Assembly: GCA_020635905.1 (NCBI GenBank) | Contig: JACJYV010000004.1 | Coordinates: forward strand, 243,142-307,141 | Direction: 5' to 3' | Source of the DNA: Bacteroidia bacterium | Lineage (GTDB): Bacteria > Bacteroidota > Bacteroidia > J057 > JADKCL01 | Length of the DNA stretch: 64,000 nucleotides | In this document: positions 54,948 through 64,000 of the stretch, in pieces | How positions within the stretch are numbered: the stretch's first letter is position 1 | Layout: the number at the start of each line of letters is the position of its first letter | Notes under the pieces: model-generated | What the model was told of the DNA's origin: nothing | What the model saw: only the letters and a program-made list of their open reading frames with translations | The model's database searches: none | Translations under genes and position numbers: made by a program

Positions 54948-55454
54948 CTAAATCTTTACAAATCCCGACCTCAGATACTGATTTCCTTTGGAAATGAGGA
55001 TGCGATAATCGCCTTCGCGCAGGGATTCCACGTCGAGCAGGAGCAGGTTTTTGCCTTCGCGGGCGCTGTAAACCTCAGAGTGGCGGACGCGGTTGCGCTT
55101 ATTGATGATGTTGACGTGCAGGGGCGCACGCATTTTGGATTCAAAGGTGATGGTGACCAGGTAAGCCTGCTTGCCGGGATTCTGGGAAACATTGACCAAC
55201 AGGTCACTAAACAGGTCTGAGTTGGTGCGCACCCGCTTCAACTGACGGGAATTCAGGTGGCTTACGGGGTTGGAAACAGCCTCAGTGGGCTGATATTTAG
55301 GGGTTTGCAGCAGGCAGGGATGGTTGGCTTCTCCTTCGCAGGCATAGGGTGATTGGGCAAAAAGGCCGAAACCCATGCTGATAAAAATCGCACCAAACAG
55401 AAAAATACGAAGATTTGCCCCAAAAGCGGGCCAGAAAGGGGTCGAAGGAATCAT
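54948..55454 (-). CDS. small secreted protein, possible T9SS C-terminal sorting domain
   Basis: 168 aa with a hydrophobic N-terminus. The C-terminal beta-rich segment (LHVNIINKRNRV...LLLLDVESLREGDYRILISKGNQYLRSGFVKI) resembles Por secretion tails. Confidence 0.45.
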   Translation of the reverse strand: MIPSTPFWPAFGANLRIFLFGAIFISMGFGLFAQSPYACEGEANHPCLLQTPKYQPTEAVSNPVSHLNSRQLKRVRTNSDLFSDLLVNVSQNPGKQAYLVTITFESKMRAPLHVNIINKRNRVRHSEVYSAREGKNLLLLDVESLREGDYRILISKGNQYLRSGFVKI

Positions 55455-55580
55455 ACTTAATAAAACAGCCTAAAACTGAGGCTAAATTTCGCGAATATTT
55501 CAATAAAAGGAAATTCCTCCTTGACCAAAGACAGGGATTGTGGATAAATGGTGGAAAAAGGGGAGGGGAAAAGAAGGCAC

Positions 55581-55607
55581 AAAAAAACCTCATGCTTGCA
55601 TGAGGTT
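55581..55607 (-). terminator. intrinsic terminator downstream of tRNA-His
   Basis: AACCTCATGC tt GCATGAGGTT inverted repeat, followed on the minus strand by a T7 run. Starts 7 nt after the tRNA 3' end. Confidence 0.75.
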
Positions 55608-55613
55608 TCATTT

Positions 55614-55691
55614 TGGGGTGGGAGACGGGATTCGAACCCGCGACCTTCGGAACCACAATCCGACGCTCTAACCGACTGAGCTACAACCACC
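55614..55691 (-). tRNA. tRNA-His (anticodon GUG) with encoded G-1 and CCA
   Basis: Manual fold: G-1, acceptor GUGGUUG, D arm GCUC/GAGC, anticodon loop UUGUGGU, T arm GCGGG-UUCGAAU-CCCGU, then 3' CUCCCAC-C-CCA. Pairs 5:68 (U-C) and 6:67 (U-U) are mismatched. Confidence 0.8.
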
Positions 55692-55763
55692 AGTTATTTG
55701 GGAAGCCAAAAATAGTAAAAAATCTATTTTGTGAAACGCCCCTGAGAAAAATTTTAATAATTT

Positions 55764-56549
55764 TTAGTCGGTCAGGAATTTTTTCAGCAATTCTTCTGCC
55801 TCTTTCAATTCCATTTTGTCCTCCAGCAACAAATCCTTGCGGGGCTTCTTGCCGATCACTTTTTGCAGAATCTTGATTGCCAGACTTTTCTCCCCCGTTC
55901 CATAGAGTACTTCAGCGTAAGCCACCTGGTTGCCCGGATTTTCAGGAGCCACTTCCGTGGATTGCTTCAGCACCTGCAGCGCCTTCTGCTTGTCTGGCCA
56001 GCTCATGATCAGGGGGATATTGGGAGCACGGAAGTGCAAAATTCCCAGGGCGCGGTAAGCGCCAGCTTCTTCATTATTGGGGTCCAGGGCAATTACCCTT
56101 TCGCTCAATTCCTTCATTTTGCCCGCCACTCCACTCGTGGCAGCCGAAAAGCCACTCTTCAGATTTGCCCATTTACCCAGGTTCACCATGTACCACATCG
56201 TGATTTTTGCGCTGTTGGGATATTTTTTGAGCATATATTCACCCAGGTCAATTCCCCGCTGAAAGATAGCCAGTTGCTCATTCTTTTTGGTCAGCACAAA
56301 CGTGCCTTTATAAAAGAAGCACTTCATCAGGTAGGTGGAGGCCAGTTCCTCATTGGTGGGCTCATTCAGGGCCTTTTCAAAGTAGAAAATGGCCTTATTG
56401 ATGGGCTCCTCCTGGGCCTGAAGTCCGTACGAACCCTGATCACGCTTTTTGTACCAGTCTAATCCTAAATCCATAAAGTTTTGACAGAAAGCAGTTCCTG
56501 AAAGGAAAACCAGCAAGGCAGTCAGCAGGATAATTTTCTTCGTTTTCAT
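55764..56549 (-). CDS. secreted TPR-like repeat protein
   Basis: Trimmed to ATG 56549 (MKTKKIILLTALLVFLSGTAFCQ). Helical-repeat composition with A..Y..G spacing. Confidence 0.55.
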   Translation of the reverse strand: MKTKKIILLTALLVFLSGTAFCQNFMDLGLDWYKKRDQGSYGLQAQEEPINKAIFYFEKALNEPTNEELASTYLMKCFFYKGTFVLTKKNEQLAIFQRGIDLGEYMLKKYPNSAKITMWYMVNLGKWANLKSGFSAATSGVAGKMKELSERVIALDPNNEEAGAYRALGILHFRAPNIPLIMSWPDKQKALQVLKQSTEVAPENPGNQVAYAEVLYGTGEKSLAIKILQKVIGKKPRKDLLLEDKMELKEAEELLKKFLTD

Positions 56550-56596
56550 CTGGCTAAACGTAATCAATAATTTCATCAACTAGAGGGTCAAATAAA

Positions 56597-57436
56597 TTAC
56601 CCATTTTTATTTCTGTTTACAATCCAATTCCACTCAAAATCCAACACTTCCTTTTGCTCTGGCTCATTGTGGAGTTCATGGAAAAATCCGTCCCACAGCT
56701 TCAGGGTCGCCTTGGGGCCCACTTTTTTGGCAAATTCAACCGTACCGTCCGGGTGGGTGAGTTTATCCTGGGTACCGTGAATCAGCAGAATGGGGAAAGC
56801 AGGTTCATGGGCCTTTTCCAGGGCATTGAGACCAGCTTCGTAGCAGGAAACAAACATGCGGGCCGAAATTTTGTCGTGCACCAAAGGATCCTTGATGTAG
56901 GCTTCCACCACTTTTTTGTCCCGGGAAAGGGCACTCGTATCCAGTTCGCTGGACTGGGTCAATCCGGGAAAAATTCCATTCATCAATCTGCCCAAAAACA
57001 CCTTGAATTTTGGGGGCTCAAAAGCCAGCCGCAGCCAGGGGGCCGAAATAATGGCGCCCGCCAGATCAGGATTGCGGTGCAAAATGAAATTGGTCACCAC
57101 ATTGCCACCCATGGAATGTCCGTAAAGAATCACGGGAGCGCCAGGAAATTTACCTGCAATGATCTCAAGCAATTGCTTTACATCGTCCAGCAGGCAATCG
57201 TAGGAGGGAGTATGTCCCCTGGGGCCGCCAGATTTGCCATGCCCACGGTGATCAAATCCCAAAACGGCCCAACCTTTTTCCACGAAATAGGCAGCCACAT
57301 GAGCATAGCGCCAGATATGCTCGCCCATGCCATGCACCAGCGCAATCACGCCCTCCACCTCGCCCTCAGGACGCCATTCCTGATAATACAACTCAACGCC
57401 ATCCTTCGCCGGCTTCCTGAATTCGTTTGATTTCAT
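56597..57436 (-). CDS. alpha/beta hydrolase (lysophospholipase / monoacylglycerol lipase-like)
   Basis: 279 aa. HGMGEH oxyanion region, nucleophile elbow GHSMGG, and C-terminal His context (FFHELHNE). Confidence 0.8.
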   Translation of the reverse strand: MKSNEFRKPAKDGVELYYQEWRPEGEVEGVIALVHGMGEHIWRYAHVAAYFVEKGWAVLGFDHRGHGKSGGPRGHTPSYDCLLDDVKQLLEIIAGKFPGAPVILYGHSMGGNVVTNFILHRNPDLAGAIISAPWLRLAFEPPKFKVFLGRLMNGIFPGLTQSSELDTSALSRDKKVVEAYIKDPLVHDKISARMFVSCYEAGLNALEKAHEPAFPILLIHGTQDKLTHPDGTVEFAKKVGPKATLKLWDGFFHELHNEPEQKEVLDFEWNWIVNRNKNG

Positions 57437-57534
57437 AAATTGGACCGCACGAAATAGTATTCATGCATAACAAATCTAATAAATTTCTATAAATTCACGC
57501 TTAGTTTTATATCCTGTTTTTTTCCACAATTTCC

Positions 57535-60136
<2,602 letters not shown>

Positions 60137-60175
60137 GCGGGGGATTGAGGGAAAATTGGAAAGGAAATTGCAGGC

Positions 60176-61831
60176 ATGGCGCTGAATTCACTCCATCGGG
60201 AGCAAATCATTGAAGCCTTACAGGAGGAAAACTTTGACCTTTTGGTCATTGGAGGAGGAATTACCGGGGCGGGCATCGCCCTGGATGCTGCTTCCCGCGG
60301 TTTGAAAACCGCGCTGGTGGAAATGCAGGATTATGCCGCAGGCACCTCCAGTCGTTCCACCAAACTGATCCATGGCGGCCTTCGTTACCTGAAAAATTAC
60401 GAATTTGGTCTGGTGCGGGAAGTGGGACGGGAGCGGGCCATTCTCCATCGCAATGCACCCCACATCGTGCTCGCCGAACCCATGGTACTGCCGTTGATTA
60501 CTGGAGGAACCTTCAGCCGCGGCGCTACTTCCCTGGGTTTATGGCTGTACGACCGCCTCGCAGGAGTCAAAAAGGCCGAACGCAGGAAAATGCTCAATAC
60601 CAAAGCCGCGCTGGAAAAAGAACCCATGCTGCGCAGGGATGGTCTGAAAGGAGCTGGCTATTACTGGGAGTACCGCACAGATGATGCCCGCCTGACGGTG
60701 GAAATTCTTAAAACTGCGGCCGCAAATGGGGTGAAAATACTCAATTATGCCCGGGTGACGGAGTTAAATTATTCTGAAGAAGGTCACCAGTTGATTTCAG
60801 TAAAGGTGAAAGATGGACTTTCTGACCGGGAATTTCAGGTCAAAGCTACCCATTTTGTAAATGCTGCGGGTCCCTGGGTGGATACCCTGCGCACCCAGGA
60901 TAAATCTCTCTCAGAGAAGCGATTACATCACACCAAAGGTGTGCATCTTGTTTTTCCGCATGCCCGCCTGCCCTTGAAGCAATCCGTTTATTTTGATGTG
61001 CCGGGCGGACGCATGATTTTTGCCATTCCCCGCGACAATACGACTTACGTAGGTACTACAGATACCAATTTTTCAGGCAGACTGGAAAATCCGGGGGTAA
61101 CTCAGGATGATGTGGAATATTTGCTCAAAGGGGCAAATTTTATGTTTCCTGACGCCCGCCTGGAGGAAAAGGATATCCTTTCCAGTTGGTCGGGCATTCG
61201 CCCGCTGATTCACGAAGAAGGCAAATCGCCTTCTGAATTGTCCCGCAAAGATGAAATCTTCCTCTCGCCCAGCGGCCTGGTGACCATTGCGGGTGGCAAA
61301 CTCACGGGTTACCGTAAAATGGCCGAGCGCACGGTGGATGTGATCATGAAGCGGATCAGTTCAGCCTCAGAGCGGCCCAATGTGGTTTGTCAGACGGAAA
61401 AACTCACCCTGAGTGGAGGCGACCTGGAAGGCGCTGCAGGAGTGGCCCAAAAGGGTGAGGAACTGGCGGCCAGGTTGGAAGAAGCTGGATTGGATTCAGC
61501 CAATGGCCCCATCTGGGCCAATCGTTATGGAAGCAACGCTTCTCTGGTGGCCGATCTGGCGATTGAAATGCTGGGCACAGCTTTGAGTCCTGCGCATGCG
61601 GCCATCCTGGGCGAATTGCAGTATTGCCTGGAAAATGAAGGCGTATGCACCCCGTCTGATTTTCTGGTCCGCAGGACGGGTAAGCTTTGGTTTGACCGGG
61701 AAAGTATTGGTCCCTTTTTGCCCGATGTGCTTGATTTTCTGGCAGATAAATTTTCCTGGGAGCCCGAAGAAAAACAAGCCAGGCGCTCAGAATTCATGGA
61801 AGAATTTTCAGGAGTCCTCAAATTTGATTGA
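60176..61831 (+). CDS. glpD: FAD-dependent glycerol-3-phosphate dehydrogenase/oxidase
   Basis: 551 aa. N-terminal DLLVIGGGITGAG FAD motif, SSRSTKLIHGGLRYL and GGKLTGYR. Confidence 0.9.
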   Translation: MALNSLHREQIIEALQEENFDLLVIGGGITGAGIALDAASRGLKTALVEMQDYAAGTSSRSTKLIHGGLRYLKNYEFGLVREVGRERAILHRNAPHIVLAEPMVLPLITGGTFSRGATSLGLWLYDRLAGVKKAERRKMLNTKAALEKEPMLRRDGLKGAGYYWEYRTDDARLTVEILKTAAANGVKILNYARVTELNYSEEGHQLISVKVKDGLSDREFQVKATHFVNAAGPWVDTLRTQDKSLSEKRLHHTKGVHLVFPHARLPLKQSVYFDVPGGRMIFAIPRDNTTYVGTTDTNFSGRLENPGVTQDDVEYLLKGANFMFPDARLEEKDILSSWSGIRPLIHEEGKSPSELSRKDEIFLSPSGLVTIAGGKLTGYRKMAERTVDVIMKRISSASERPNVVCQTEKLTLSGGDLEGAAGVAQKGEELAARLEEAGLDSANGPIWANRYGSNASLVADLAIEMLGTALSPAHAAILGELQYCLENEGVCTPSDFLVRRTGKLWFDRESIGPFLPDVLDFLADKFSWEPEEKQARRSEFMEEFSGVLKFD

Positions 61832-61918
61832 GGGATTCCTTATTTTTATAACCAAATCGGATTTTTGGAACGTTTTTTGTCCTGATCAGGCAATTGACAC
61901 TTACAGTTTAATGCATAC

Positions 61919-62776
61919 ATGAAATCTATTACCCGAATTTCGATTTTTTCCCTCGCCCTCATTTTTCTCATTTCCGGCTTTACCGCTCCCCGTCCCCAGG
62001 AGGATATGCGCGCCATTGTGGACAAAATGGTGGTGGCCATTTACAGCTATAACACCCTCACCTTTACCATGAAGCGCAAGGAAAGGTTTGGCACAGGTTA
62101 TAACGAGGGAAAACTCGTGGGTAAGGTGCAGGAGTCGCCCCGCAAAATTTACTGTAAGAACGAATATCCTGACGAAGGATCTGAAGTATTGCTGGTGGGA
62201 ACCACTGGAAAGGCTTTGGTCAATCCCGGCAAATTCCCCTGGGTCAATCTCAATCTGGATCCCCACGGCGAGATTATGATGAAAAAACAGCACCATTCTG
62301 TGCACGAAATGGGATTTCACATCACGGGGCGCATCATCAAATCAGCTCTCAAGGAGCACGGACATGATTTTGAGAAATACGTTTCCTATCAGGGACAGAA
62401 AAACTGGGACGGACGCCCTTGTCACGTGCTGGTGATCGATTATCCCAAATGGCAATATGAATCTTATACCGTGAAAGCAGGGGAGGACCTTTGGAAAATT
62501 GCCCTCGACAAAACCCTGAGCGAATTTCTGATCATGGCAAAAAATCCCGGCATCAGCGATTATTCAGATGTCAAAGCGGGTCAGGTTATCCAGATACCCA
62601 ATGTTTATTCCAAAAAATCCATCCTTTACATTGACGTGCAAAATCACCTGCCCGTGGTACAGGAAGTGCATGACGAGAAAGGCATGTTTGAGCGCTACGA
62701 ATACACCAATCTGAAAGTAAATCCTCCCCTGAAAGCCGCTGAATTTACTGAGGACTATGATGGTTACGGGTTCTGA
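61919..62776 (+). CDS. secreted LolA-like/DUF1571-like protein with embedded LysM domain
   Basis: Signal peptide. LysM block YTVKAGEDLWKIA...VKAGQVIQIP. The assignment of the remaining fold is tentative. Confidence 0.6.
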   Translation: MKSITRISIFSLALIFLISGFTAPRPQEDMRAIVDKMVVAIYSYNTLTFTMKRKERFGTGYNEGKLVGKVQESPRKIYCKNEYPDEGSEVLLVGTTGKALVNPGKFPWVNLNLDPHGEIMMKKQHHSVHEMGFHITGRIIKSALKEHGHDFEKYVSYQGQKNWDGRPCHVLVIDYPKWQYESYTVKAGEDLWKIALDKTLSEFLIMAKNPGISDYSDVKAGQVIQIPNVYSKKSILYIDVQNHLPVVQEVHDEKGMFERYEYTNLKVNPPLKAAEFTEDYDGYGF

Positions 62777-62851
62777 GCAATTGGGCGAATTCCTTATTTA
62801 TATACAATTAAGTACGATTTTTCAGACTTAGTGTCATAAAGACATTTTGCT

Positions 62852-62859
62852 TATATTTG
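62852..62859 (+). promoter_or_regulatory. Bacteroidota-type -7 promoter box (TATATTTG) for the GH13 gene
   Basis: Perfect TAnnTTTG, 18 nt upstream of ATG 62878. Confidence 0.55.
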
Positions 62860-62877
62860 CGCATAAATCATAATCTT

Positions 62878-64000
62878 ATGCCCAAATATCCCTTTCTGCT
62901 GCTCATCGTAGGTTTGTTGCTGTTTTCCTGCAAACCCAAGCCCGAACCAGAAACAGATGCTTTGCCCCAAACCGTGGGCGTAGTCCATCCTGAGTGGAGC
63001 AAAAATGCCAACATTTACGAAGTAAACGTTCGTCAGTACACTCCTGAAGGAACATTGAAGGCATTTGAGGCGCATTTGCCCCGTTTGAAGGAAATGGGGG
63101 TGGATATTCTCTGGCTGATGCCCATTTTCCCGATTGGGGAAGAAAAACGCAAAGGCGATCTGGGCAGTTATTATGCGGTAAAGGATTACCGTGGAGTAAA
63201 CCCGGATATGGGAACCATGCAGGACCTGCAGGATCTGATCAAAAAAGCCCATGAAATGGGCATGAAGGTGATCCTCGATTGGGTAGCCAATCACACGGCC
63301 TGGGACAATCCCCTGATTACCCAGCATCCCGACTGGTACACCCGCGATTCGGCGGGCAATTTTCAGCCCCCCGTGGCCGACTGGTCAGATGTGGTGGACC
63401 TGAACTACGACAGCCAGGGCTTACGCGATTACATGATCGAATCCATGCGTTTCTGGATCAGGGAGGCCGATATTGATGGCTATCGCTGCGATGTGGCAGG
63501 TATGGTTCCCACTGATTTCTGGGATACCTGCCGGGTGGAACTGGACAAGCTGAAACCTGTTTTCATGCTGGCCGAAGACGAAGGTCCCCAACTGCACGAC
63601 CATGCCTTTGACATGACCTATGGCTGGGAATTTCACCACCTGATGAACCAGATTGCCCAGGGAAAAGAAAGTCCCGCCAAGATTCACGATTACCTCAAAA
63701 ACGCCAAAACCAAGTTCCCTGCCTCTGCTTACCGCATGAATTTTACTTCCAACCACGATGAAAATTCCTGGAATGGAACCGAGTTTGAGCGCATGGGCGA
63801 CGCCTACAAGGTCATGGCCGTTCTGGCCTTTACCGTGGAAGGTATGCCCCTGATTTACAGTGGACAAGAAGCTGGTCTGGACCGTCGTTTGTCCTTTTTT
63901 GGCAAGGATGAAATCGACTGGAAGGAGAATGAAATGGCAGAGATGTACAAGACTCTGCTCAAATTGAAACACGAAAATCAGGCTATCTGGAACGGTGAAT
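62878..64000 (+). CDS. GH13 alpha-amylase family lipoprotein (3' end outside the window)
   Basis: Not in the ORF track because the frame is open to the window end. My translation: MPKYPFLLLIVGLLLFSC (lipobox) ... VILDWVANHT, GYRCDVAG, FMLAEDE, FTSNHDE, which are GH13 conserved regions I-IV. Confidence 0.85.
   Translation, partial: MPKYPFLLLIVGLLLFSCKPKPEPETDALPQTVGVVHPEWSKNANIYEVNVRQYTPEGTLKAFEAHLPRLKEMGVDILWLMPIFPIGEEKRKGDLGSYYAVKDYRGVNPDMGTMQDLQDLIKKAHEMGMKVILDWVANHTAWDNPLITQHPDWYTRDSAGNFQPPVADWSDVVDLNYDSQGLRDYMIESMRFWIREADIDGYRCDVAGMVPTDFWDTCRVELDKLKPVFMLAEDEGPQLHDHAFDMTYGWEFHHLMNQIAQGKESPAKIHDYLKNAKTKFPASAYRMNFTSNHDENSWNGTEFERMGDAYKVMAVLAFTVEGMPLIYSGQEAGLDRRLSFFGKDEIDWKENEMAEMYKTLLKLKHENQAIWNGE

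Overview
This 64-kb window looks like ordinary chromosomal core genome of a Bacteroidota-type organism. Support: six perfect TATATTTG (-7 type) boxes upstream of genes, T9SS-style and MCE/Mla-type envelope proteins, and many TTG/GTG starts. I call about 57 CDS and one tRNA-His. Housekeeping genes include trpS, a deoxynucleoside kinase, rocD, purK-purE, an ABC-F ATPase, galU, pfkA, radA, aroC, mazG and glpK-glpD. Carbohydrate enzymes are GH31, a partial GH13 and PGI/PMI. There is also a ~2,070-aa thioester alpha-2-macroglobulin. I see no transposase, integrase, CRISPR array, restriction-modification or recognisable defence genes. Most of the unusual signal is non-coding.
(1) At least nine intergenic gaps consist almost entirely of phase-locked 7-nt units, often running exactly from one stop codon to the next. 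They share a small vocabulary of heptamer words in both orientations.
(2) A ~122-bp MITE-like element has 16-bp terminal inverted repeats and perfect 4-bp flanking duplications. There are three full copies and one truncated copy, all next to gene starts or ends.
(3) One locus combines myo-inositol oxygenase, a plant-type glucuronokinase-like GHMP kinase and a GalU-type nucleotidyltransferase. This suggests a myo-inositol to UDP-glucuronate route.
Smaller oddities:
- The ABC-F gene has its Walker A upstream of any ATG/GTG/TTG.
- The tRNA-His has two adjacent acceptor-stem mismatches.
- A GC-rich double hairpin with a terminator sits in front of purK-purE.
- Arginase-fold and PAP2-fold proteins have substituted catalytic residues.
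All calls come from reading the sequence by eye; no searches were run.
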